Virus record (IMG/VR): IMGVR_UViG_3300027533_000050
Location: 1-41,426 of that record
Direction: 5' to 3' (one strand)
DNA length: 41,426 nucleotides
From: a virus
Lineage: Duplodnaviria > Caudoviricetes
A program made the translations under genes and the position numbers. The notes under the pieces are model-generated. The model ran no database searches, was not told where the DNA came from, and worked only from the letters and a program-made list of their open reading frames with translations. This document shows positions 27,991 to 36,465 of this stretch, piece by piece; the first letter of the stretch is position 1, and each line of letters starts with the position of its first letter.

Positions 27991-28019
27991 ATTGTACGTT
28001 CTTGACGTTCGCCTGTCAA
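27991..28019 (-). promoter_or_regulatory. Sigma70/SigA-type promoter TTGACA-N17-TACAAT
   Basis: Near-consensus with an exact 17-nt spacer, 7 nt upstream of the HTH ATG. The spacer holds a GAACGT direct repeat. Confidence 0.8.
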
Positions 28020-30469
28020 AGGTGACTCTCAACTTCCCCCCAGTGCTGGCCCCACTCAACATCAGAGACTATAGGTACAGAGATGTCGGCGCCGAACGTG
28101 CGCTTGATCGGTAAGGTCTCTAGCGTCTCCTTGATGATCAGAGCCCAGTAATCAACCTTATCCTCCTTACACTGGAACATGATGCCGTCGTGGAGGGTCA
28201 TGACCATGAAGCATTGTGCTGGGTCCAGCACTTTGTATAACTGTACCATACCGTAGAGCATTAGGTCTGTGGCACACCCCTGCACTGGCGAGTTGATCGC
28301 CTGCCTGACGGCTTCCCGAGCAACAGCACCATCGCCCGAATAGACATTAGGCAAGTGACGTATGCGACCAAGAGGCGATTGCACATACCCACGCGAGCGG
28401 ACAATCGTCTCCTGTCGTCTGTGCCAGGCTTCTAGATCGGGGAACATCTTGAAGAACTGATCGCGGAACTTCTCAGCCTCAGCCAATGACACCAGCAATC
28501 CGTAGTTCTCAAACGCATAAGCCTGGAACTTCTTCGGATACATGCCGTAGACGAACCCGAAGTCTACTGCCTTCGCCAGCTTTCGTTCCTCCTTCAGCTT
28601 GAATGTTATGTCCCCCTCGTACTCCGAGATGGATCTGCCTGTAATCATCGACGCCACAGTAGAATGGATATCCTCGCCTGTGTTGAAGGCCCGAATCATC
28701 CGTCTCTCGTGAGCCACATGTGCTGCGATGCGGAGTTCAATCTGTGAATAATCAGCTTGTATGAATCGCCAGCCTTCTGGAGCTCCAAAGACAGTCCGTA
28801 TGAATGGGTCTCTGGGTACCTGTTGAAGGTCCCCGCTAAGACGTCCTGTAACAGTTCCATAGATCTTGTATGTAGTATGAATACGGGATCTCGCATCTAG
28901 CCTCACAGACCAGGGTAGTAGGTTTGTGTTCATCCACTTGAGCTGCAGTGTACGGTACTCAAGAAGCGCTTGGATTGCTGGCACCTCTCGGTAATGCAGC
29001 AACACTGACTCCTTCGTGGAGTACGCGCCTGTCTTAGTAACTTCGATCGGGTCGAGCCCAAGACCTCCTTTCTTACTCTTGCCGAATAACCACATCGCTA
29101 ACTGCTGGGTCGAGTTTGGGTTCATACCCTCCGGTGCACCGGCTTCGTAGATGACTGCCAGCTGCTCCTCGATGCGACTGTTGAGTATGTCGATACGCTC
29201 GAACAGCCGGTTGGGGTTGATGTAGACACCTGCGTACTCGACTTGTTGGAGAGTGTGAGACGCAGGCATCAACAGCTTGACGAACAACCTCGCTAGCCGC
29301 GGATGAACCTTCAGCTCGTCTTTCAGTGGCTCGTACAATTGCCTAGTATAGCCCACGTCGTAGCCATTAGCAAGGCAGATAGTACGATAGTCCTGCTTGA
29401 GGATCTGTTCAGGCTTTAGGTCTAGAGATCCTTTCCATGTGTCGGCACCAAGAATCGTTTGACTGAGGAAGCCGAGGTTCTTGGGGCGGTTCTCATCCAG
29501 CAAATGAGCAGCGAGCATAATGTCGAAGGTGTGCTCAAGAAAAACACCGGCGCCTGCGAGCTGGAGATTATCATGCTTAGCATTCTGTCCAACCAGTTTG
29601 ACATCTCCTCGGTCAAGGACTGGCTTGACATAATCTCGTAGGAGGCGCCGCCACTTTTTCCGGAAAGACGAATCAGGGTGACGGAGTGGGATGACAAAGG
29701 ACCTGTCTCCCGTAGCACTAATTCCAAGACACAAGAGGTACCACTCTTTTCCGTTCCACGGTGCATAGCGATTCTCCACATCATAGGACAACACGGGCTG
29801 AGTCTTCAAGTACCGACAGACACGACGCAGCTGATCTTCTGTGGTCACGAGCTGGACGCGGATTGACTTCGCCTCTAGCGTACCGTCCATCATACGACGG
29901 AAGCGTTTGATATCCTCAGCTAGGACTGTTCCTTGTCCCGGGTTTCGTAGAATGTAGGCAGGATGCCACGTAGCCATAAGCTGAGATTCGCCCAGTCCAA
30001 GGTCGAGGGTAAGCTTGGTATGCTTGAGCCTGACACCACGGTTCTTTCCAATGGCACCTGCTCCCCAAGCAGCACGAAGAGCAACTCCTCCAAGGAATAG
30101 AACTCCAACCGGACCCACAGCCTCGATTTCCCGTCGTAAATATCTACGGCAAGCCTCCCATTCGACCGCCGTAGGATTACGATTCTCTTCGGGCCTGCAC
30201 TTGACCGCGTTAGTAATGTATGGTCGCCTTTCCGATAGACCGGCTTCTCTGAGATATGTATCCAACAACTGCCCGGCCCTACCGCTGAAGACTTTCCCTG
30301 TGTACTCTTCATTGCCACCCGGTGCCTCCCCTATTAGCATGATCCTAGACTTGGGACTACCTCGACCCATGATGCACACTCGTTCTGTATCCTCGTGCAA
30401 GTCGCATCGAGTACAGTCATGGTCTGCGAGGTGATCGAGCTTGGACTTATACTCCATCCGCAGCCTCAT
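28016..30469 (-). CDS. polA: Family A DNA polymerase with N-terminal family-4-type uracil-DNA glycosylase and 3'-5' exonuclease domains
   Basis: CTRC, GEAPG, KCRP..NRNP, HPAY (UDG); YDVE, NAKHD (exo); ADYSQIELR, KAVDFGFVYG, LHDG (pol motifs A/B/C). Confidence 0.95.
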   Translation of the reverse strand: MRLRMEYKSKLDHLADHDCTRCDLHEDTERVCIMGRGSPKSRIMLIGEAPGGNEEYTGKVFSGRAGQLLDTYLREAGLSERRPYITNAVKCRPEENRNPTAVEWEACRRYLRREIEAVGPVGVLFLGGVALRAAWGAGAIGKNRGVRLKHTKLTLDLGLGESQLMATWHPAYILRNPGQGTVLAEDIKRFRRMMDGTLEAKSIRVQLVTTEDQLRRVCRYLKTQPVLSYDVENRYAPWNGKEWYLLCLGISATGDRSFVIPLRHPDSSFRKKWRRLLRDYVKPVLDRGDVKLVGQNAKHDNLQLAGAGVFLEHTFDIMLAAHLLDENRPKNLGFLSQTILGADTWKGSLDLKPEQILKQDYRTICLANGYDVGYTRQLYEPLKDELKVHPRLARLFVKLLMPASHTLQQVEYAGVYINPNRLFERIDILNSRIEEQLAVIYEAGAPEGMNPNSTQQLAMWLFGKSKKGGLGLDPIEVTKTGAYSTKESVLLHYREVPAIQALLEYRTLQLKWMNTNLLPWSVRLDARSRIHTTYKIYGTVTGRLSGDLQQVPRDPFIRTVFGAPEGWRFIQADYSQIELRIAAHVAHERRMIRAFNTGEDIHSTVASMITGRSISEYEGDITFKLKEERKLAKAVDFGFVYGMYPKKFQAYAFENYGLLVSLAEAEKFRDQFFKMFPDLEAWHRRQETIVRSRGYVQSPLGRIRHLPNVYSGDGAVAREAVRQAINSPVQGCATDLMLYGMVQLYKVLDPAQCFMVMTLHDGIMFQCKEDKVDYWALIIKETLETLPIKRTFGADISVPIVSDVEWGQHWGEVESHL

Positions 30470-30734
30470 TGAGCAGCGTCTTGATATCTAGTAGCGGCCA
30501 GACTATAAGCCCACTCTTCATGCCTACTTCAATGAGTGTATCAAGCTGACCCTGGATGGTGAACTGGATATTCATCAGTGGGTGACTGAAGTCTAGCGTC
30601 TCCTGTTCAGGGTCGTCGAAGCGATAGGCGTTGAGCTGGCTGATCGCCTCCCACAGTTGTTTGATCTCGAGGCAGTTGAACTTGTAGAGTTGCTCGATCT
30701 TGGGCTGATCACTCCAGTCAGTTAGCTGAGACAT
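30447..30734 (-). CDS. Hypothetical protein (95 aa)
   Basis: Overlaps both neighbours in the operon. Confidence 0.65.
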   Translation of the reverse strand: MSQLTDWSDQPKIEQLYKFNCLEIKQLWEAISQLNAYRFDDPEQETLDFSHPLMNIQFTIQGQLDTLIEVGMKSGLIVWPLLDIKTLLNEAADGV

Positions 30735-31144
30735 TCGACCTTCACCTCCGCCTCATGTAGCATTGTCACCCCTGACTCGTCACGATACGGTGTCAGGTAC
30801 ACTACTCTAGCGATACCAGCAGCGATGCACAGACGAGCGCACCCATCACACGGTGAACGCTCAACGTATAGTGTTGCTGCGTCTGTACTGATTCCCTGGC
30901 GCGCCGCGAACGCGAGAGCATTAGTCTCGGCATGTGTAGCTAGACACTCGTTGGTTTCATGGGCACGGCGAGGACAGTGGGGCATACCTGGTGGTGAACC
31001 GTTGTAGCCCCACGAGACTGCACGCCCATCTCGTGTAACAATGCAGCCTACTTGAGCACGGTTACATGTACCGAGTGAGCCTAGTGTCACTGCCATCTCG
31101 AGGAACACGTGGTCTTTGAACAACTCTCGGTCAGTGACGGACAT
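30722..31144 (-). CDS. dCMP deaminase
   Basis: C.RAQVG, GYNG.P.G..HC, HAE.NA and SPCDGC motifs. ATG 31144 with AAAGGAG RBS. Confidence 0.92.
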   Translation of the reverse strand: MSVTDRELFKDHVFLEMAVTLGSLGTCNRAQVGCIVTRDGRAVSWGYNGSPPGMPHCPRRAHETNECLATHAETNALAFAARQGISTDAATLYVERSPCDGCARLCIAAGIARVVYLTPYRDESGVTMLHEAEVKVECLS

Positions 31145-32036
31145 GATGGATGTCTCCTTTGTGGACATGGAAGGAATAGGCGGTGAAGAACAGTGTACCC
31201 GGATCGACGTCCACCCAAAATTGTGGACTATCTCCATGCTCTCCACGCAACTCCCTCTCTCGTAGCTCCTGGATCACCCATATGAGGAGACGACAAGCCA
31301 GGTATACATCATCGCGGAAATGACGGACGAGGTCACAGCTACGAATCGGATACCAAAGGTTGAGACGACCATTGCGTAGTAGAAAGTGGTAGTGCAGAGT
31401 ACAAGGGATGCGACCACCATGAACAGCACCTGTGTCCTCCGGGAAGAAGATTGGGAATGTAGCCTGCCGTGTGAATGGGTTTTTAGCGAGGAGTGAGACA
31501 ACATCGTCTAGATCGCCATACTCATAGCGGATGCCATAGATCTCTTGACCCTCAATGCGTTCTAGAGACCCTGCATACTTAGGCCAGAACCTTTCCTGGT
31601 AGGTGTGGGTGAAAATAGGTTCATCGAAGTACCCCGGACAAGTGTCCAAATGAGTACGCCCCTCTCGTTCGCCGCATGAACGACAGATCCTAGCCTCTGA
31701 CTGACCTTGCCACCACGGCCAGTTCTTGTACTCCTCGCCGGGGTTACTTGGGTCACGGGACACTCGCTCATCGAAGTGATCGTCGGCCCAAGGTAGGTTA
31801 GGCTGTATCTGTTCGGCGAGCACTCCGGGCAGATCACGGAGCTCAAATATATCACCAATGCCCGTCTGCACTTCGATTGGGCACTCGAACATGAGGTTCA
31901 GTAGCTCAATGGTGACAAGATCGGGCTTGCCCTTTGTCTCGTACCCTTGCCATGAGCCGGCATCAACTTCAACACCTCGACTCATGAGAGCGGCAGTTGC
32001 GTGGGCGATAGCTTCATTGAAAGTGACGAAGTACAT
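31131..32036 (-). CDS. Thymidylate-synthase-fold enzyme A (dCMP-modifying type)
   Basis: TY.ER, TRQA, catalytic PC, RSCD.......D and SFH motifs. Confidence 0.85.
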   Translation of the reverse strand: MYFVTFNEAIAHATAALMSRGVEVDAGSWQGYETKGKPDLVTIELLNLMFECPIEVQTGIGDIFELRDLPGVLAEQIQPNLPWADDHFDERVSRDPSNPGEEYKNWPWWQGQSEARICRSCGEREGRTHLDTCPGYFDEPIFTHTYQERFWPKYAGSLERIEGQEIYGIRYEYGDLDDVVSLLAKNPFTRQATFPIFFPEDTGAVHGGRIPCTLHYHFLLRNGRLNLWYPIRSCDLVRHFRDDVYLACRLLIWVIQELRERELRGEHGDSPQFWVDVDPGTLFFTAYSFHVHKGDIHHVRH

Positions 32037-32893
32037 TACCTCCTCCTAGTGAGTGGACTGAAGTCGAGGGTGTTTATCGGTACGGACGGAAGGAATTCAC
32101 CATTCATGTACTCGCGGTATCGACGGGTGACACGCCGTAGTGGGCCGTACTTGATTCTGTCGAGCGGAATTTCGTCCTCGGTAGACTGAACTATCTGATC
32201 CCACCACCTGCCGATGATCTTGAACGCAGGATACTCAAGCCTAAGACTCTTGTTGTGAAAGTCCTGGATATAGTTCTGCTTGTAGAGCATCGGTAGGCTC
32301 TTGAATGCGTGTAGTTGGAGGGCATCTATCGCCCACTCGAACCTGAACGAAGAGACCGGTATGTTGATCCGCTTTGATATGTACCTCGCAAGTACGTAGG
32401 CAACTGCAAGATCGGCACCTCCTATGTAGGCTATATAGGATACGCGCGAGTGCAGTGTAAGTGTTGGTTGATCCTTCCGATGCCCACGGTATGTGAATGC
32501 CATCATACAATTTCCCCATCTGTGCTTCTTCGCCTCCCTAGCTACATCATTACAGAACATGTTGGTGATTACTCCTCGTCGTCCCTCCTTGTTTCCGATC
32601 TTCTCCGCATGAGCAAGAAAACGTAGTAATTCAGTCCGATCAAGATACTGACGGCAAAGAACAGTCCAACGACTACGGTTGAGCCAAAGATCCCGGCCAA
32701 GATCGAAGTCGTAAGCCATAGAATCAGCAACGAGACGATTACCGTAGCGTATAACATCAATCCCCGCCACATAGTCGATACCCCCTCCCTCGATCGTACC
32801 ATAGAGCATACTGTGGACAGTATCATGCCACAGGTCGGTCATCGTGTCGAAATGGGATGGTCGATGTTCGAGGTCTGATCGACGACGCTTCAT
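32036..32893 (-). CDS. Divergent thymidylate-synthase-fold protein B
   Basis: GNC, LTLHSR..........D and LQLH fall in register with the TS motifs of the neighbour. TAATG coupling; ATG 32893. Confidence 0.6.
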   Translation of the reverse strand: MKRRRSDLEHRPSHFDTMTDLWHDTVHSMLYGTIEGGGIDYVAGIDVIRYGNRLVADSMAYDFDLGRDLWLNRSRWTVLCRQYLDRTELLRFLAHAEKIGNKEGRRGVITNMFCNDVAREAKKHRWGNCMMAFTYRGHRKDQPTLTLHSRVSYIAYIGGADLAVAYVLARYISKRINIPVSSFRFEWAIDALQLHAFKSLPMLYKQNYIQDFHNKSLRLEYPAFKIIGRWWDQIVQSTEDEIPLDRIKYGPLRRVTRRYREYMNGEFLPSVPINTLDFSPLTRRR

Positions 32894-33048
32894 GCGCCTA
32901 TCCACGTGAGAAACCTACTGCCCCATCTGCACTTCGGCGTAAGCCAGTCGAGTATGTAGACGAAAGCTACTAGACCCAGCGTCGGGATCAGGATAATAAA
33001 CCACCCGAGCTGAAAGAACACTCCATACGGGTCCCACCAAGGCATCAT
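32890..33048 (-). CDS. Small membrane protein MMPWWDPYGVFFQLGWFIILIPTLGLVAFVYILDW... (52 aa)
   Basis: AGGAGGT RBS, ATGA overlaps at both ends; not in the ORF track. Confidence 0.7.
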   Translation of the reverse strand: MMPWWDPYGVFFQLGWFIILIPTLGLVAFVYILDWLTPKCRWGSRFLTWIGA

Positions 33049-33365
33049 TCACCTCCTGTCTGCTTATCGTCGTTCCAATTACGCTTTCGGACTTTCTTCC
33101 ACACTTCACTAACTACGTGAGGAAAGCTAAGACCCTCACTGTAACAGTACCCATCGAGGAAGATAACAATATCCCCGATAGCATCTATCTTCATAGCGAG
33201 GATCTCTTCAGGCATGTGCCTGATACCTTGTTGTCCTTTGAGATGAGCGTGTGCTAACTCGCCTACTTCCTCGACGACTCCAAATAGTGCTTGCTCTGAG
33301 GTTTGATTGGGGAAGTTCTCTCGTAGCCAGTGGCGGTGTTGTAACTGCAGTGATTCCAGGTCCAT
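33045..33365 (-). CDS. MazG-like nucleotide pyrophosphohydrolase
   Basis: W...NF, EEVGEL and DAIGD motifs. Confidence 0.85.
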   Translation of the reverse strand: MDLESLQLQHRHWLRENFPNQTSEQALFGVVEEVGELAHAHLKGQQGIRHMPEEILAMKIDAIGDIVIFLDGYCYSEGLSFPHVVSEVWKKVRKRNWNDDKQTGGE

Positions 33366-33688
33366 TACATATCCCTCTCGATCATCTCGTAGACATTAGC
33401 GTAGCCACAGATGTCAGTCATGTTGTCGGCGTGTCCGGGCATGTACTTCTCGCGACACAGTTTGAGGAAGATATTGAAGACGGCCCCGTCTAGCGCGTTC
33501 ATGGAACGGACAATACCTTCCGGATCACTAACTCCTGGGATTCGAAGCCAGATGTTCATGTGATCGGCGAGATCTAAATAGATCGGGGTAGGTGGACCAT
33601 AGACTGAGCCTCTATCCTCTACGACTCTGGTAGCGCGAACTGACGGGGGCTCGTATTGGGACAACACCGGCCGCTTGCTTTTCGCCAC
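33365..33688 (-). CDS. DUF6378-like protein (possible nucleotide hydrolase)
   Basis: DRG.VYG.P, LK..R and H.DN..DI.GYA motifs. Confidence 0.75.
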   Translation of the reverse strand: MAKSKRPVLSQYEPPSVRATRVVEDRGSVYGPPTPIYLDLADHMNIWLRIPGVSDPEGIVRSMNALDGAVFNIFLKLCREKYMPGHADNMTDICGYANVYEMIERDM

Positions 33689-33722
33689 GGTACCATGCCT
33701 CCTTTGTAGTTTCTTACTCGTT

Positions 33723-33731
33723 ATTGTACCA
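33723..33731 (-). promoter_or_regulatory. Extended -10 promoter (TGG-TACAAT) driving the nucleotide cassette
   Basis: TGnTACAAT in the gap after the helicase, followed by an A-rich leader and AAAGGAGG. Confidence 0.6.
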
Positions 33732-33737
33732 TACCCG

Positions 33738-35189
33738 TCAAAACCCGAACAGGAAACCGCGAGGATGCTTCATCATCTCAGCGTGCATGTCCCGTTTCCC
33801 CCGCAGCGCGCTGAGCACTGACACGTCTACAGTTCCTCGAGCAAGGAGGTACGTATACCGGACGGGGCGCTTTTGCTTGGGTCCCATGACTCTGTCACCA
33901 GTCTGCTTGAAAGTTTCCCAACTATCCGGGAGACTATAGTAAAACACCTCCGCCGCCCGCGTGAGCTCAATGGCAAGCGCACCAGCCTCAGACTGGAAAA
34001 TGATGGCCTGGGGTCCTGGAGATTGTTGGAACTCTGCAATCGCTGTAGTTCTATCTTTACGTTTGACTGCTCCGGTGATAGTATTGCTGCTATAGCCCAG
34101 CTTTTGCACGAGCTCGGAGCAGGCCTGTACTTCTGGAAGATGGCGTGCATACACCACCACTGACTCGTCCTGTTCACGAAGGTCCTGAAGATAATCGCGT
34201 GCCGCCGTGATTCTAGCCCGATGGATCTCACGTCCTGATGTAGTAAATCCACCGGTGATTTGGAGTAGGCGGAGACGCCGAACGCCTGCATTAGCTGCGT
34301 CAATGAGCTCATCGCCGATCTGAACCACAAGCTCTTCTGCAAATCGGTCATATAGCTCCCTAGTTTCAGGTGGTAGACTAAATCGAATGGGATTGAAGAG
34401 ACGAACACCCTCGAGGCCTGCCTCTTTCGCATTGACCACAGTGGCGTGTCGATCGACCTTCTTGAGTAGGCGCTTCTTATTCTTGTAGCGGATGATTGTG
34501 TACTTCCGACGACCTCTACCGTATACGCAGTACTCGTCCTCGAAGTCGGTCTTCGCTGTGCCTAGGATGGAATCATCGAGGATCCGATACTGCGCGAAGA
34601 GATCAATATATCCCTTTGGGTTTGGAGTTCCTGAGAGTAGATATACGAAAGGAAGTCTATCACCTCGTCTATCTCTAAGGCGGCGTATGCAACGCCAGAG
34701 CGCTTGACTACGAACAGCCCCCGCTCTCTTACAGCGGTGCGACTCGTCGAGCACAAAGAGATCTGGCTCCCATCGTTCCACCGCATCAAGATAATCATTT
34801 CGGTAGGGTTCTTCAAGACCCCTCCTGCTGAACTTGTCGTAGTTGACTAGGTAGAAGTGTAGCTTGATCTTCTCCCTCTTGCTGGACTTCGTTGACGGGT
34901 AGATGTGTAAGTGAGGCTCTTCGCCTACAACCACGACTGATGCAGGCACAGCTAGGTGCTGTGTAATCTGATCTACCCATACATCGAGGGCGATGAGTGG
35001 GGCGATCACGACTACACGCTGTACTTTGCCTCTAATGTGCTGTACGGCGATGGTGTCAAGTGCTGCTTTCGTTTTACCGAGTCGGGGCTCAAAGAAGAAG
35101 GCGTGATTGCCTTGCTTCAATGCCCGTTTCATAGCCTTGAGTTGATGGGGCCAAGGCTTCGTTCGTAGCCTAAGCTTGTGGCGGGCCAA
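33738..35189 (-). CDS. SF2 (SNF2-like) helicase
   Basis: PWPHQ, EPRLGKT, VNYD, LDESH, LSGTP and Q..DR motifs. Confidence 0.9.
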   Translation of the reverse strand: MARHKLRLRTKPWPHQLKAMKRALKQGNHAFFFEPRLGKTKAALDTIAVQHIRGKVQRVVVIAPLIALDVWVDQITQHLAVPASVVVVGEEPHLHIYPSTKSSKREKIKLHFYLVNYDKFSRRGLEEPYRNDYLDAVERWEPDLFVLDESHRCKRAGAVRSQALWRCIRRLRDRRGDRLPFVYLLSGTPNPKGYIDLFAQYRILDDSILGTAKTDFEDEYCVYGRGRRKYTIIRYKNKKRLLKKVDRHATVVNAKEAGLEGVRLFNPIRFSLPPETRELYDRFAEELVVQIGDELIDAANAGVRRLRLLQITGGFTTSGREIHRARITAARDYLQDLREQDESVVVYARHLPEVQACSELVQKLGYSSNTITGAVKRKDRTTAIAEFQQSPGPQAIIFQSEAGALAIELTRAAEVFYYSLPDSWETFKQTGDRVMGPKQKRPVRYTYLLARGTVDVSVLSALRGKRDMHAEMMKHPRGFLFGF

Positions 35190-35376
35190 CGTACCTCAGT
35201 ACCTTCCCGTCCCAGTTCAACCTCATATCGACGGTGCCATTGATTCTGACCTTAGTGGACTCGTCGGACATGTAGTCATGGAATGGTAAGCTGAATGTGA
35301 CGGTACCGCCGGGTTCGATAACCATCTCCCGGTCATTGTAGGATACTCTGAGTCTGCGGAGTAGTAGTAGCTGCAT
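35170..35376 (-). CDS. Hypothetical protein (68 aa)
   Basis: AGGAGG RBS, TAATG coupling. Confidence 0.65.
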   Translation of the reverse strand: MQLLLLRRLRVSYNDREMVIEPGGTVTFSLPFHDYMSDESTKVRINGTVDMRLNWDGKVLRYVGPPQA

Positions 35377-36218
35377 TATCGCCTCCTTGTCCTACTCTTC
35401 TTATCGGCTCTGGCTTTTTTACCTCGGGTTGTGCGGATGCGGGGCTTGACACGTCTCACGCCCTGTTTGATACGACGCTTCTCCCACGGCTGATTGCTGC
35501 GACGCCAGATGGGACTGCGATTATTGTGCCCACAGAGTTGGCATTCGATCACATAGACTGAGCGCTCTACCCAGTCATACCTGCCTTTACTCTCACGCCA
35601 TACCTTCTTCAAGACCGAGAACTCTTCACGAGGCTCTTTGATCTTGAAGACGCGGAATGTACCACAATGAGGGCACCACTTGAACCTCTTCGGTATCTTC
35701 TCTTTCCGGAATCGCCACTCAGCTGGCAGTTCGTATGTGTGGGCTAAGGATACTATACCGGAGGATGGGTGACGAGTGTGGATCTTCTTATGGAATACTA
35801 CGGCATCGTACAGGTTATTGAAGCGCTTTCGCTTGCGTGTCGTTCCCTTGGGTGCGGCGATGAGAACGTAGACTGCCCACGGACGTCGCTGGGCGATCTG
35901 ATTCCATACAAACCCCTCTTGCAGGAAGAACTCTACATTCTTTGGCACCTGGTACCCATTACGGCTCAAGCCTAGAAGCGCATCAACAGCCATCGAGCGC
36001 TGTCGTTGCATGAGCTTGTCCTCCATGTCTGTGCCGATGAACTCAGACCGCATCTTATCGTTATCGTAGACCTCTGATAACGATCTGACACGCGGCCGCG
36101 AACGCGACCGTATAGCCTTCTCGTTGCGGATGAAGCACAGTGTCTCTGACACTCCGCGATGGCGCTTCGAGTCTAGTCGCTTTCTGCACCATCGACAGCG
36201 CGGGGAGCGCCTATTCAT
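35376..36218 (-). CDS. Very basic Zn-finger protein (putative nucleic-acid binder/regulator)
   Basis: CRWC..H..C, CPHC and CQLC motifs, Arg/Lys-rich. Likely ATG 36218. Confidence 0.7.
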   Translation of the reverse strand: MNRRSPRCRWCRKRLDSKRHRGVSETLCFIRNEKAIRSRSRPRVRSLSEVYDNDKMRSEFIGTDMEDKLMQRQRSMAVDALLGLSRNGYQVPKNVEFFLQEGFVWNQIAQRRPWAVYVLIAAPKGTTRKRKRFNNLYDAVVFHKKIHTRHPSSGIVSLAHTYELPAEWRFRKEKIPKRFKWCPHCGTFRVFKIKEPREEFSVLKKVWRESKGRYDWVERSVYVIECQLCGHNNRSPIWRRSNQPWEKRRIKQGVRRVKPRIRTTRGKKARADKKSRTRRR

Positions 36219-36465
36219 CGTAGCCAGAACCCCACTCCGAGAACGAGTCGGTAGTCTCATGCAACTTTTCAGTCACCTCGCTCAGTCTCTCGTCGAAACC
36301 CTCACGCGCGCCATCATACTGTGGCAGAGTAAGCATGAGGTCAGTGACAGCAGCGGTTGAGATCAATCCACCTGCTGCCAGAACGAGACGGACTTGCTTC
36401 GAGGTTATGTCGTCTAACTGTATCTCGTGACCGCACTCAGAGCACTTAGCTATCTCCATCATCAT
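36211..36465 (-). CDS. Hypothetical protein with CxxC
   Basis: MMMEIAKCSECG start following GAGG; overlaps neighbours. Confidence 0.6.
   Translation of the reverse strand: MMMEIAKCSECGHEIQLDDITSKQVRLVLAAGGLISTAAVTDLMLTLPQYDGAREGFDERLSEVTEKLHETTDSFSEWGSGYDE

Noticed and set aside
27807-28019. Excisionase-like HTH as evidence of lysogeny
   Set aside because: No integrase, repressor or att-like site is seen in the window, and such HTH genes occur in lytic phages. The missing part of the genome cannot be judged.
32915-33109. 64-aa ORF from the track
   Set aside because: The alternative frame 32890-33048 has an SD, ATGA coupling at both ends and a coherent TM sequence.
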